Shown here: positions 23,256 through 36,878 of the stretch, piece after piece
Numbering within the stretch: the first letter of the stretch is position 1
Layout of the letters: each line of letters starts with the position of its first letter
NCBI RefSeq assembly: GCF_020745735.1
Contig: NC_083408.1
Location: 64,634,484 to 64,698,483 of the forward strand
Length of the DNA: 64,000 nt
Direction of reading: 5' to 3'
Source of the DNA: Hemiscyllium ocellatum
Lineage: Eukaryota
The notes under the pieces: generated by a model
Told to the model about the DNA's origin: nothing
What the model saw: the letters and a program-made list of their open reading frames with translations, nothing else
The model's database searches: none
Made by a program: the position numbers and the translations under genes

Positions 23256-26200
23256 GTTTAATTTTTCAGGTTAAGAAGTAGACTGCTGAGATTGTTGTCC
23301 AACTCGGTATATGTCCCCTGGCTATACTTATATTGGTTTAGATTGCAAACTAGCAGTTTTTAGTTCCATGAAGTACGAAGATTGCTGTGTGTTTGCAATA
23401 CTTGTATAAACAAAGACTGTACAAAGTATGCATTCAAGGATTTTAAGGCAGAAAATTATAATCAAAGTAAAACATAAATGCATTACTGCCTCAAAAGTTA
23501 AGTTTCTCAAATACAAGCAATTTTAGCTTGTAATCATTCATAATAAAACAGCATTCTTGGTAAATATCTAACGATAATGAATTGGTTTTGCCATATAAAT
23601 GATGTCCTGAATTTGGGAGTATTTTGGCTAAATGTTCCTCTGTGAACTTTTCATGTAAATGGATATTCATTTAGCAGCAGCCCATGTAGAGCTCTACTAA
23701 TAAACAATATCTCAGATAACAAATTAATGCAGAGGACATGGTACGAATAATTAAAACAGCTGCTGTAAATTATTCTCATAGGATGCTAATTATCTCTTTT
23801 CATCAGTATTAAAATATATAATGGGTAATGTCTTAAAACCCTTGATTGTAATGTATTTTGTTTTCTGCATTCCTCCCTTTATCATGATGCTAAGATATCC
23901 TAAATTCTCGCTATCATCAAATCAAAGTGAGGAAAATGCAATTTGAATTTTAAACATTGCAAGGAAAATTCACTGCAGCAAAGCTCGTTTCAGAGCAGTG
24001 TCAATCTATTGTTTTATGTAAAATAACAGATAATTGGGAGTAGTTATGAAATTATTCAGGTTAGATTATGAATAATAAAAGCAAGTGTTTTGTAATTATC
24101 ATCTGTACCTACAATTCGTGTATAGCTTTCAAATTGCTATCATAGATTTGTAATTTAAATTTGAAATTATTAAAGATTGCACATACGTTGCAAGAAATCA
24201 AAACTATTCAAAACAATGTAGAAATGTTTGGTGTCTTATGAAAATACAACATACTCATTAATCCCTTTGAACTGCACTTTCTCTCAATTGCCTAACATTT
24301 GGCTTATTATTAGCCCTGATCCATCTGCAGCCATTTTTCTGCCCAGTACACTTCCAACTCTGATCCTATTATCCTCACCGAAATCTTTATACTCTTCCGT
24401 CCTAATTGTTTCACCCATTTTGGCTTTCATATTGGCTTCAAAGGGTGCAAACAGTGTGTTGTTTGGCCTTGCTCCTCTCTGCCACAAACACATAATAATC
24501 AAGGCTTATTGCTGAGGGCACTGTTATTTACTCCACTCAAATCGTTTCTTTAAATAATCCTCTCTACCTTGAAGACTAAGGCCAAAGTCTTAAGACCCAG
24601 CATAAACCTTGTATGCTTGACATTGCTCCATTTCCCTCTTATGCCATTATTTTAAACTGAACCAGAATAAGCCAGTCTTTAAATAACTTATTTCTCTATT
24701 TTTTTTCTCCCATCTCTTCTCATACCCTCTCCCAGCTCACCTTGGCTATTGAAACCCAGATCCTACTTCCTCAGCCCTATTCTCACCAAACTTCCTGTCT
24801 CCCTGGTTCATTGATGTTGTGAATAGTTCCCTTTAATCACATATTTTCCCACTCTCCTTCAAATCTAATGTAACCACTCCTCTTCCCCAATAAAGTCATC
24901 TTTGTAGATTTAGAGTCTCTGCAAAAAAGACTTTGTATCCTGAATGGCTGTCCTATGGCCATTGGCCAAAAAGGTTCAAATAACTCATGTATCAATGGAA
25001 ATCTGTCATTATTTCTAATTTTCCTTTCTCCCCCTTGTCTTTGAATGGTATTTAATGTTGGCATAGGTTTGGAGATTGATTTCATCCAGGACATTCATGC
25101 AATTACCATGAGCACAGGCACTTACCGGGCAACAATGAGCTTCCCATTGGACTAAAACCTTAGCAGGAAATCGATTTCCATGAGCTGCTGGCTAGTCAGA
25201 GACTCACACTTCTCTATTGCCAGCAGCAGTAGCCAACAGGAATGATCACTAGATTTCTGAAGAGAAGCAATGAGTGAAATGAAAATCATGGGGAGGGGTT
25301 ACAGGTGAGGTGGGGAGAGGGTGGTTGGATAAAAGGCCAGGTTGTGCAGCTCTCCCCACTTCATGATCCAGGCCCCTCAATCAGGTCAACCCAGCTACAG
25401 TTGGGTACAAGATGACATTTTAAATATTATTTCTCACAGATGAGTGCCTAGTCTTTGGTGAGTTAATTCATTGAATAGATTTGAATGAGCCAAATTAGAA
25501 AAAAAATAAACCTCAGTCAGCCATTAGCAATGTGTGTTAGTACTGGTTTAGCTGATTCAGAATTACAAAGGGGACACATGCATTAACTCTCTGCTCACTT
25601 TGGCACACTGGGAACAGCTAATGGCTCAGAAAAAAATTCCCAAGAGAAGGTGGGGTTAACTTGTGTAGCTCCACCCAAATTGGACACCCATAAACTCTGA
25701 AGCTGCCAACTGTGTAACACCCACTGATACATCCCACACCAATGGGGCTCAAGGGGAAAAGTACATAAATGCTCAAAATATATTTTGTCATGAAAGTCAT
25801 GAACCAGGACAGATGTGAATTATTTCTAGGAATAAAAATGAAACAATTGGAAAGAAGCCATTATCATAAAGACCACACACAGGATATGCAAGAAAATATC
25901 AGCAATGAAGAACAGACATTCATGCTGATTCAACAGGTTTACACAGTAGATATTTGAGCCACCCACGCTTGGAAGTTCCCAGGTTAACCTCTCAGTTTTT
26001 GTTCAGTTAACTGATCCCATTTGGACCTTAGAAGCTTTAGCTGCCTTAGTTCTAACTTCTGGATTTGTGTAGGCCTTCCAAACTATTTTGTCTCACTATC
26101 TTAAAAACGTATCTAAATGATTATCTTTCCCCTATGCTGCATTATGTGACTTCAGGCCAAATTTTGTTTTTGAGAAACCTCCTATGAAGTAGTTTGGTTC

Positions 26201-29200
26201 ATTTTACTACATAAGAAATGTTTAAAAAGACTCTTGAAGCTCAGAGAGTCAAAATACTGAACCTGTCTATTGTGCATAGGAATAATCATGTAGACTTTGC
26301 AAATACATCAGCGTCTCAGTGGGGGACAGTGGAATGCACCTAGTATCACATGAAAATCAATGTTCCCTTCCAGCAGAGTGCTTTTTAGGTCAGCCTCTCT
26401 CTCTGCAGTAAATCTTTGTCATAAAGTTTGAGTCCATCTCCTGCTTTAGCTCCTGGGACGTCAGCCATGAGAAACTATTTAAGGTTATGATTCTCTCATT
26501 CCTGATGTGAGTTCTTAACAATTTCTTCTTTGACATGGGATGGAAGCAGCCAACTTCATGCTCAAGTCTTCTTTCAGATCCCTAACCATATTGGAAGGAA
26601 GGGGCCTGTGCAAAGTTGCGGTTGTTACCACTTCCTTGAGGACAGTGGATGATGATCAAATCTTCACTGCCCTTTGCATCACCTTCTTTCTTGGCCTTAG
26701 CCTGTCCTGTTTCCTTGTATATGCGACCACACACTGACATTTTCTCATTAAATAGAAGAAATGGAGTGGAACGGGGAAGTTTTCTCATTTTTTCGTCAGT
26801 ATTGTTGCAGTGAAATATTGTTGTTATTGTTGTGACGATAAAACCATTGCAAGTATCTTAGTTAAGAAGAATAAAATTAGCCATGATTTCCATTCCTGAT
26901 CTGTATTCAGCAAACTTTTGCTAAGGGGTTTATGCATGAGAAGCTGAGGGTAGAATCAAGCTTAACTGCTCTGCCAACATTAGGTAAATAATCTTTGGCC
27001 TTCATTATCAATGATCACAAATGAATAATTGTGATTTTGCATTGGAGACAACAGCATTCATGAAGGTCGATCAGTAAAAGGGAAGAAACGCCAAATAAAA
27101 CTTAGAACAACATTCAATTACTAGCACTTTGAAAATTTCACAACTTTGTTTCAGGTATAAATATTATTAATCAATAAAAAAGTCTTTTGTTTGGCTGATG
27201 CAAGACTTGCGCTTACTATGAAAGGGCTGCTCAGTTTCTGCAGGCAACACATTTTATTGAAAACATCACATCATGTTGAATGAAAACAAATTTACACAGG
27301 ACTGTGTCAAATTCAGACTGTTGCCATATAATTTATTACATTATTTAAAAATCTGAAATTACAGAGGTCATAAGATAAATGAAGCGGTTACATGACTGTG
27401 CTTTTGTGTAAATTGTGCAGTGAGACAGATTGACATGATGATGCCATCCCTTCAAAACGAGTTTTCTTAAATATGCCTGTAAACATAGAATGTTCATGAT
27501 AGCCAGCGGTGAGATATTACATTGCATGAATCTTCTATGATTCTATGATGAATGTGCCTGACGATATTACTGGTGAAAGACAAATCGTGAATCAATTATG
27601 GTTAGTTCCCGATTGGAGATATTTATCATATCTCACAGCTGTTCACTGTATATTAGATCTGCAACAGTATAAGCATATTTCCAAATGGAAAATAAATGAC
27701 TTGAAATACATTTATGGATCTTCTGGCCTAGCCTCTATCATTGTGATGTATTACTGAAAATAAAATTTTTCTTTCCAATGGTACCTCTTGTTACAGAATC
27801 TGAATTAAGTACAGTAGATGCCTTCATAAAGTTCTCCAGCACAACACAGCTTTTATATTTTTCCCAAAGGAAGCTTTATCAATGGGTTCTATTGTACCTT
27901 TATTCACTGCAATGTAACATTTTCAAAAAATTATTGAACCAGTTTAAGACATGAGCGCCTACCTTTCATCTAAATTGACATCAACTCAAAAGCAATGCTA
28001 CACTTGAGCACAATATCATGATTAGGCAGCATTGGTTAGGGCACAGATTTTAAAGTGCCTCTGATATATGGTTTTAATATATTAGTACCAACTGGAGAGT
28101 AAATTTAAAGACAAGGCCTTTGAATGTGGGATTTTCTTCTCAAAAATATTCTTTATGCATTTCACTGTTGTCTAAAAAGAACTGGAATCTGTTGCATCAT
28201 GAACCCCACTTTATTAACCCCTGATTTTCTGCCTGACTCTTCATCTTAAAGATGCTCCTTAAAGCTCCTTCTTGGACCAAATTTCTGATCACATGCCCTA
28301 ATAGCTCTTTACTGACTTGGGCTGTAGTTCTGGGATTCCTTCAAACTGGCAAACAAAACTCAATCTAGCATTTCTCAGCTCTGATTTCATAGCTGGCATT
28401 TTTTGCCATTGCAGGATAAAGACGTACTTTCAGGGGAGCTCTCCTGACATGTACAGCTTTCTTGCAACAGAGATATAATTCTCAGGGCTATAAGGATCAA
28501 AAGTATGAGGCAAAAGTAGGAACAGGGTGCTGAATATTGATCAGCCATGATCATATTGGATCCTTTTGACCTTTTATGGAATCAGGCCAGATTCTCAGGC
28601 TCATGTACTCATGTCCTCTCAGTGGAATTAGGAACCATAGTCTGGATTTGGGAACATTTTTAAAGACATGTTCATCCATACACTCCCAAAACATTCCAGG
28701 TCACCTGTGCCTCTTACCTATCTATTTGCTCTCCTTATACTACTTCCATGGTTAGACATCTGTTTCTTCAGATGGCCTCATTATAAATGCAAAGCTATGC
28801 TCCAGGACTCATGATTGGATTAGTTCAGCAGGGGTCTATTTTCACAGATAGAAATTGATTGCTTGCTTTGCTTGAATATCATCCTTCTAGGAATTTAATA
28901 AGTTATTCTACCCTTGAAATCAAGGTCTGCATGTTTATTTGGACAAGATAAAAACATGTGAAATGAGGCAAAGTTATGTGATTGCGTCATTAACATTTAT
29001 AGAGGATTGTATAAGCAGTGCTTTTTTTAAACAGATTTCTGAATGATTGTTTTAAAAGTACTTTTCATAATTGCCCTTGTTATTGCATGATTCCTGATCT
29101 ATATTATAAGCTGGGTCAGTGAACATTGAATGATGTGGTGAAGTCACAGCAGGGTCCTGGAAGCAGTAGGATGGAAAGTAAGCAGATCTGAGCTCTGAGA

Positions 29201-29299
29201 CCTAGAGGCCTAATTATCTTTAAAATGATAGGATGAGCTCCCAAAGATCCAAGATTGGTCTTCTAACCAGACCACCTCAGTACTTGCTCACATTCATAC

Positions 29300-30140
29300 T
29301 CATGTTCTATGAAACAAAGAAACTAGAAACGGGAGTAGGCCATTCAGCTCTTTGAGCATGCTCTGCCATTCAATATGACCATGTCTGATCAATACTCAGC
29401 ACCCTGTTCCTGCTTTTGCCTCATACTTTTGATTCCTACAGCCTTGAGAACTATATCTCTCTTCTTTTTGACCGCTTTCTGTGGTAGATAATTCCATTGT
29501 CTGAATGAAGAAATTATTCCTCATCAGTCCTAATGTCCTGTATCCTGAGACTACGACACTTGATTCTGGACTCCCCAGCCATTGGTACACCTTTCCTGCG
29601 TTTACCCTGCCTAGACCTGATAGAATTTTATAGGTTTCTATGATATCTCTCTTATTCTTCTAATCTCTAGTGAATATAGTTCCAACTGATCCATAGTTCT
29701 TCATACATAGTCCTACTATTCTAGGAATCAAGCTGGTAAATACTTATTACACTCTCTCCATGATCAGAGCATTTTTCCTCGGATAAGGAGCAGGAAACAG
29801 CATGCAATATTTTAGGTGTAACCTCACCAAGGCCCCCCTGTTGAATTGCAACAAGACATCCCTCTCCTGTACTCAACTCCTCTTGCTATGAAGACCAACA
29901 TACCATTTCCCTTCTTCACTGTCTGCTGTACCTGGATGCTTACTTAAACAACAGCACCCAGGTTTCATTGCACCTTTGTTTTCTCTCCAATCTGTTGTTA
30001 TTCAGATAATCCACCTTCTTGTTTTTGCTAGTGAAGTGGATAACCTCACATCTGTCCACATTATGCTTCAACTGCTATATGCTTACCACTCACTCACCTT
30101 ATTCTAAAACACACTGAAGCATCTCTGCATCTTCTTCATC
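29300..30140 (-). mobile_element. CR1 LINE 3' fragment
   Basis: ggagtaggccattcagc tail and decayed RT C-terminus. Confidence 0.8.
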
Positions 30141-31881
30141 TTCCCATCTTGAACTGCCACTCCATTGGTAGTGAATCTGACTCCATCCCATTGCTTCTTC
30201 CTGATTGAAAATGTGATGGCAGGGCCCTTTTAAAAGTAACAGTTTACCGGTTCAGGAAATTACTCAACTCAAGCCTTTGTTCTTTATGGTTAAAATCCAA
30301 CTCTTTGCGTTATATTTTGTTTGGCAATCAGTCATGTGATTCTATGAATCATCTCAGGGCATTTTACCACCTTAACACGACTGTGTTATGAAAACAGTTT
30401 TGGTTTGCGTGCATTTCCTGTCAACTTCACATGTTATTAATTCTCACATCCGCATTTATAATGAAGTCTTACCTGCATAACCGATGTAGACTTGTCATGC
30501 TGTGATTATACCCTTCTGTTTGTGGACACTGGGGTTAAATACCCCAGTGAATACCCCAAGCTAAATATTTCTTGGAGGCAGAGGGTGGAAACTTCCAGGT
30601 CAACATGGAACTTTTAGAAGGACAGGAATCAAAAGTTCAATTTCCTGTCAGCGGGTTCAAATTGTAGTATTAGTTTCTCAGAACCTTTCAGGCTGGTCCA
30701 CTCTTTTGCAATCCTTAGTATGCTATGAAACTTCATTGGAATTACATTTTTGGCCACAATCTTATTTAAAAAAAACAGAAATCATCTTGTTTCCAAATCT
30801 GATTGCATATAGACTATGTACCTAGTTGGACAGACTGCTTAGTACATGAATCTCAAAAACCTAGCATTCAAGTTCAGTAGGTAATAGGAAAAGCAAATGG
30901 TCTGCTGGCTTTTATTTCTATTGATGAGCTGAAGGGTCTGCTTTTACTCCTTCTTCTTGCAGTCTTATAATCTCCCTTCAAGTGCCAATGAGTATAAACC
31001 CCTTCAGTAATTTGATTCCTTCAAAACCAAGTCATTTATTTGTGCAAGCGTTTTTAATGTAAGGGGTTACGCCTCACTGGGTCAACCAATCATCAGAAGT
31101 CACAGTCATATGGAGTTCTTAATTATTCTTAATTATCCACAAGGGATAAAATCTGACTGGTTGACAAACCCGCTCAAGTGAGGCAGACACACTGGCAATG
31201 TCATGGCTGGGACAGGCAAGTGGAGCTCAATTTAAATAAAAAACTCAACACAAAATGGGGCAAAGTCAAAAGTGGGATCAATATTAAAGATTCAGATAAA
31301 TGTAAGTAGAAAGTTAAGTTCAGAAATGGAACTTAAAGGGTATTATTGTCAATAGCGCTGGGTAATGGTGTGTTTGACTTGACCTTGGGCAGTGCTAATA
31401 CATCCTACTGATGGAAACAAACAAAAATTGAAAATTACAGTTGCAAAAGTATTCAGTTCAGGCCTTTGCACTGAAAGGAAGTACTCACAACAGAATAAAT
31501 AAGAAAAAGTTCTATTATCTCCTAACAACAAAGTCCCAAACATGTCTCATCATTCATTTAACCTTGAGAGGAAGGGCACCTAAGATTCACCAACAGTGGG
31601 GTTGGTAGCGATGGGGATGGGGAGATGATTATTCTATATGTGTCATGCAGAAGCAAATGAAACTGTTCTGCAGACTGTTGAGCCAAAGATTGTTGTCCAT
31701 ATCATAGGGAATATGAAGATCACCAGAGTCACTTGTAGGGAATTGTCATATGCATGGAAAGCAATGTAAAGATCAAGGTCACAACGATTTTTCACATAGC
31801 AGAATGCGGAAGAAGAAAACACATCTTGGGCCATGAGGGTGCTCCTTAGCATGTGAAGGTGTCTACAAGGCAGGCCTTCAC

Positions 31882-31963
31882 CCAACACATGAGCAACCTC
31901 AGAAGAAACCGAGGGGAACTTCACGACGTCAAGATCCAAATGGAAAACAAACTTTTCACATTC
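31882..31963 (-). CDS. candidate exon (ECEKFVFHLDLDVVKFPSVSSEVAHVL)
   Basis: Acceptor tgctacctgtatcag|, donor G|gtgaag, phase 0 to 1 bridges exons 32129-32058 and 15017-14852; frame stays open to 31643. Confidence 0.2.
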
Positions 31964-32057
31964 CTGATACAGGTAGCATATAAAGCATGTTTCAGCAGTG
32001 TGATTTGGCTATAATGTCGCTGAAGAATTAAGGGATGGCATTTCGAAGAACGCTTAC

Positions 32058-32129
32058 CTCTGATCGCAATAGGGTGACCCCAGCGGCGATCATTTCATAC
32101 GATTTGCTCCTTGCGTGCGTCGATGTCAG
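32058..32129 (-). CDS. candidate exon (LTSTHARSKSYEMIAAGVTLLRSE)
   Basis: Strong donor GAG|gtaagc, acceptor ctctcacctgctctgacaacag|, 72 nt, one open frame, very CpG-rich. Confidence 0.35.
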
Positions 32130-32269
32130 CTGTTGTCAGAGCAGGTGAGAGGTGCAGGACTGTACATTGAGCACCTTCATCTCAAAAATTAAACTATTCC
32201 TGTATAATTCCTGCACGACTGCAATAACCTTATAGATACCATTTGCTTTTCCAATTTGTTCTGGAAAAC

Positions 32270-32935
32270 AAATATCTGCCATCTCCTGAGGGAATTCTGC
32301 AACCACACAGGTTGGGAGGCATCATCATGCATGTGGCACGTGCTAACCAATGGCTCCCTTCCAAACCTCAACTGGAGACATGTGTGCCATCTCCCAATCA
32401 GCAGGACACAAGTTCATCAATGGCTGACTCAGGAATGTAGTGCAGGTTGTCCAGTGCACCATGGACCTGGTGAACCGAGATATCCAAACTGTCTCATTTT
32501 TTGCCATTACTGGCATTTCTCAGGTACAAGGGGTCATCAACTGCACATGTGTGGCACTCAGCACTCTCTGGCATCATTCAGTTAGTTTCCTGAAAGAAAG
32601 AGATTTCACTCCCTCAATGTCCAGTTCATTTGTGACCACAGGCAGCCGGGTGGCTGCTATTCAGGACGCTGTCCCAGGCTTTCATACAGCACAACTCTCA
32701 GGTTCCTCAAATGTTGATCCAACTGCATCATATTCATTGGTGGCCTATGGGTGACATGAGGCACACCAGGAGGCTTATTTGATAGGCTTGGTATACAATC
32801 CTCAGACTGATGCTGAACAGCACTGCAATGCTGCCTCTGAACCTATTGATCCATCATTGAATGAACAATTGGTTTTCTGAGGCTATGCTTCTATTGCCTG
32901 AATTGCTATGGAGTTGACCTTTTGTACTCATTGAA
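32270..32935 (+). pseudogene. Harbinger (HARBI1-like) transposase remnant
   Basis: FFAITGISQVQGVINCTCVAL, FHSLNVQFICDHRQ, MGD, NPQTDAEQHCNAA, IIE*TIGFLRLCFYCL. Confidence 0.8.
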
Positions 32936-32984
32936 CTGAGTCACTGGATTAGTGATTGCTTGCTGTAACCTGCACAACTTTTAA

Positions 32985-33220
32985 AAATTAATTTCTTGTA
33001 TGTGGCTGCTTGGCAACATTTGTTACCTATCCCTATTTGCTCTTGAGAAGGTGGTGGTAAACTGCCTTCATAAAATGCTGCAGTCCACCTGTTGTGGGTT
33101 GATCCACAATGCCGTTAGGGAGGGAATTCCAGTATTTTGATACAATGACAATGAAGCAATGGTGATACATTTCCAGGTCAGGATGATGATTGACTTGGAG
33201 GGGAGCTTGAAGGAGAGGAG

Positions 33221-33261
<41 letters not shown>

Positions 33262-33480
33262 TACACTGCTCTTGACCTTCGTGGGTTTAGAAGGTGCTGT
33301 CTGAGCATCTTTGGTGAATTTCTTCAGTGCATCTTTCAAATAATACACACTGCTGCTACTGAGCATTGGTGGTGGAGGGAGTGGATGTTTATGGATGTAG
33401 TGCCAATCAAGCAATCTGCTTTGACCTGGATGGTGTCAAGCTTCTTGAGTGTCGCTGGAGCCACACTTATCAGGGCAATT
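32985..33480 (-). mobile_element. CR1/L2-clade LINE 3' end
   Basis: cttgagaaggtggtggt tail motif, also seen at ~15165-15400. Confidence 0.7.
33222..33264. repeat. (TA)n(CA)n compound microsatellite
   Basis: Directly visible. Confidence 0.95.
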
Positions 33481-33584
33481 TAGCTCAATGACATGAGAAA
33501 GAGCAACCAGCTATCTCCGGGGAAGTACTGAGATGTGGCAGACAGACCTGAGAGAATCTGGTACCAGCTAGATTTATCACGTCA

Positions 33585-34210
33585 GAGAGTCATAGGGATA
33601 TACAGCATGAAAACAGACCCTCTGGTCCAACTTGTCCATGCTGACTGGATATCCTATTTGCAAGCATTTGGCCTAAATCCCTCTAAATCCTTCCTATTCA
33701 TATATCCATCCAGATGCCTTTTAAATGTTGTAATTGTACCAGCCTCCATCACTTCCTCTGGCAGCTCATTCCACATACGCACCACCCTCTGCATGAAAAG
33801 GTTCCCCTTAGGACACTTTTATATCGTTCCTCTTTCATCCCAAACCTACACCCTCTAGTTTTGTAATCCCCCACCCCAATGAAAGGACCTTGGTTATTCA
33901 CCCAATCATGCCCCTCATCATTTTATAAGTCTCTATAAGGTCACCCCTCAATCTTTGACACTCCAGGGAAAATAACCCCAGCCTATTCAGCCTCTCCCTT
34001 TAGTTTAAACCCTCCAATCCGGGCAACATTCTTGTAAATCTTTTCTGAACTCTTACAGGTTTCACAATATCTTTCCTGTAGGAGGGAGACCAGACTTGCA
34101 TACAATATTCCAAAAGTAGCCCTGTACAGCCATAACATGACCTCCCAATTCCTATACTCACTGCACCTTACCAAAAAAGGCAAGTATACCAAATGCCTTC
34201 TTCATTGTCC
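33585..34210 (-). mobile_element. CR1/HER1 LINE 3' fragment
   Basis: Reverse complement of 15455-15950-type sequence. Confidence 0.85.
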
Positions 34211-34858
34211 ATGAGATAATGCAAAGAGTTTGTATTATCACATGGACAATCATAACTGAGACAATTATGGTACAGAAGCAATCCTGCTCTCAAGGAAATG
34301 CTTGTTTCACACCATTAAGACTTTAAGATATTTGGATTGCCAGTAATTATAAGTTAATTTGTTCCCTTAGCACCAATAGCCTCCTCTTCATTTTCCTGGT
34401 CAGAGCACAAGTATGCAATTAGGTATAATTTCATGGAGGCTACATTTATATGAACCAAACCTCAATTTGTGAGGGGTATTCAACTGTTAAAAATGCTGTA
34501 TAGAGGGACCAAACTATGCTGATTTACTCTTCAAAACCCAAACATCGAGTTAGCATTCCCAATTTATAATTATGTTCCTCCCAGAGGGCAGCAGAGAATG
34601 ACAGCCTCAGTTCTCAATACAGTGCTGAACATGATGTGCATGAGTATAGTAATCAGCACCCCTCAAGGCAATCAGAAAAGGAAACATAAATAGTCAGAAG
34701 CATTAACAGGTTGTAAAAGACCACAAGACAACGTACTATACGTGTGTCAAATTTCAGTTTGTACAGAAGGTTGACACCCTTCTGCCCAAAGTGACTCAAG
34801 TGTTGTTTAATTCTTCTTTTCTTACCAACACATCTTGGTGCCACTCAGCAGTCACAGT

Positions 34859-35176
34859 TTAGATTAGATTAGATTACTTACAGTGTGGAAACAGGCCCTT
34901 CGGCCCAACAAGTCCACACCGACCCGCCGAAGTGACAACCCACCCATACCCCTACATATACCCCTTACCTAACACTAGGGGCAATTTAGCATGGCCAATT
35001 CACCTGACCCGCACATCTTTGGACTGTGGGAGGAAACCGGAGCACCCGGAGGAAACCCACGCAGACACGGGGGGAACATGCAAACTCCACACAGTCAGTC
35101 GCCTGAGGCGGGAATTGAACCCAGGTCCCTGGCGCTGTGAGGCAGCAGTGCTAACCACTGTGCCACCGTGCCGCCC
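34859..35176 (-). mobile_element. HE1 SINE (young copy)
   Basis: Near-identical to 11438-11748. Confidence 0.9.
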
Positions 35177-36276
35177 CCAAGTTGAGCTTGAGGAAGCCTG
35201 CTGACTGCCTTGTCAGTTGGCCTCAGGTGACTTTGGCAGATGTCCTGTGTTACAAGAGACCCAGAGAGTTCAGGCGTGGTGGGCGACTCCTACAGTGGTC
35301 CAGGTACAATCTCCTCATCTTCCGATGGCCAGCTGAGGGGAGATAGTGTGTCTGGACATCTCTGGCATGTCCTGAGATGATGATGCCTGGATGTATGTCT
35401 CTCACCTCTCTGCAAAGGTACAATAACACCACCTTTACCCACTGAGAGAATTGGATATCTGGAGTGGGGACAGGGTCAAGATCTGTTGGCCTTCTCTAGC
35501 CTAGACAGTCAATGAATGCATCCATGGCTCAAATGATAGACTGAATGATCCTATAAATAGCAGGCAGATACTGATTGTTCTGTTAAGCCTGGCTGTCCAC
35601 GGTCAGGCACCATCCATTCCATGGAGAAAGCCAGACCCTGAAAGTTAGTTCAGTGTGAAAACTGACAAAGCATGATATGATATGTGTCCCTGTGATACCG
35701 AGAAGGTATTCATCCAGTAGCCACTGGTTGTGATCGTATCCTTATCTTGTGTAAGCCTTTTGAGAAAAGCTATCAAGATGCGTATGCGCTCTTGGTTGTG
35801 AAACAAGGTCAGTGAGCTAATAATGTGTGAGTTGCTAAGTAGCTCCCTTTATTTTTAAGTGTGAAATCTGGCAAATGTTTGTGAGGCAATACCACTGCAG
35901 TGTAAGCAGTGTTATGTTGGTAGCTGCAACTTTGCACCATATATTGATTACACATGAGGCATCTGATGACAGTCCTGTGACAGTGTTAATCTTACAATGT
36001 TCATTCACATTTACATTGGTGTGTAGCAATGAGTAGTCTGTGATACGTACCGTGGCAAAGCACAGCACAGCACAGAGAATAGGTTCTCTCAAGCCATCAT
36101 GGGAATTCACCTCTAGCACCATCTGTATTGAGGCTGACATCATCAGTCAGGATGGCCCCCTGTATTCACCCCTAGAGAAAACAACTTCATATCTCTCAGA
36201 CATCCTTCAGGAAGACCTCTAAGGAAGTATCTCTAAAGCATGGCACTACATGTCCCTGACATTTCCAGGAGTATTT

Positions 36277-36612
36277 TTCATAGAACCCCTACAGTGTGGA
36301 AGCAGGCCATTCAGCCCATCAGGTCGACACCAAACCTCTGAAGAGCATCCCACCTACTCACCCTATCCCTGTAACCCTATATTTCCCATGGAAAATCCAC
36401 CTAACCTACACATCCCTGGACACTATGGGTGATTTACCATGACCAATCCACCTAATCTCCACATCTTCAGACTGTGGGAGGAGACTGGAGCACCCGGAGG
36501 AAATCCATGCAGACACATGGAGAACATGCAAACTTCACACAGGCAAACTGCTCGAGTGTGGTATCGAACCTGAGTCAAGAGTGCTGTGAGGCAGCAGTAC
36601 TAACCACTGAGC
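36277..36612 (-). mobile_element. HE1-family SINE (older)
   Basis: Diverged HE1 head, core and tail. Confidence 0.85.
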
Positions 36613-36774
36613 TACTGGGATGACAAGCAGAGCTTGTATTAATGCTCCTGTATTGCAGAGAATGAAATGTTGTCTGGGTGTCTTTTGAACACAGTGCCCA
36701 GAAGTTGAAACTTACAAGGTCCTGGTGAAGAGTAGAGTTTCCCACTCTGCTGCTCAGAAAATTTGGCATTTTAC

Positions 36775-36878
36775 CAATGCATAGATGTATAATGAGCCAA
36801 GAGGAATATAATCGCTTGAGAAAGTCTGATCGCCCCTGAGTGGAGCTCCCTCCTCGTAGGCCCACGTCCACACTCGGA
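36775..36878 (-). CDS. candidate exon (xRVWTWAYEEGAPLRGDQTFSSDYIPLGSLYIYAL in the phase-1 frame)
   Basis: Very strong acceptor (long pyrimidine tract ending ttttcag|), donor TTG|gtaaaa, CpG-rich; all three frames are open so the frame is inferred from neighbours. Confidence 0.4.

Noticed and set aside
24284-24502. Minus-strand exon-like ORF with TLFAP (fasciclin-like); phase 0 to 1 would also fit the chain
   Set aside because: A five-residue match only, next to decayed L2-like sequence; cannot be preferred over alternatives
25126-25256. Strong minus-strand acceptor and donor (CCG|gtaagt)
   Set aside because: All three frames contain stops, and the region resembles a decayed repeat (compare 6040-6530)
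26385-26788. Two in-frame minus-strand ORFs separated by one TAG (possible readthrough or pseudogene)
   Set aside because: No recognisable homology or readthrough context; compatible with chance
27393-27477. Minus-strand exon-like segment (AYLRKLVLKGWHHHVNLSHCTIYTKAQS)
   Set aside because: Good acceptor but weak donor (T|gtaacc); an unresolved alternative for the phase 0 to 1 gap
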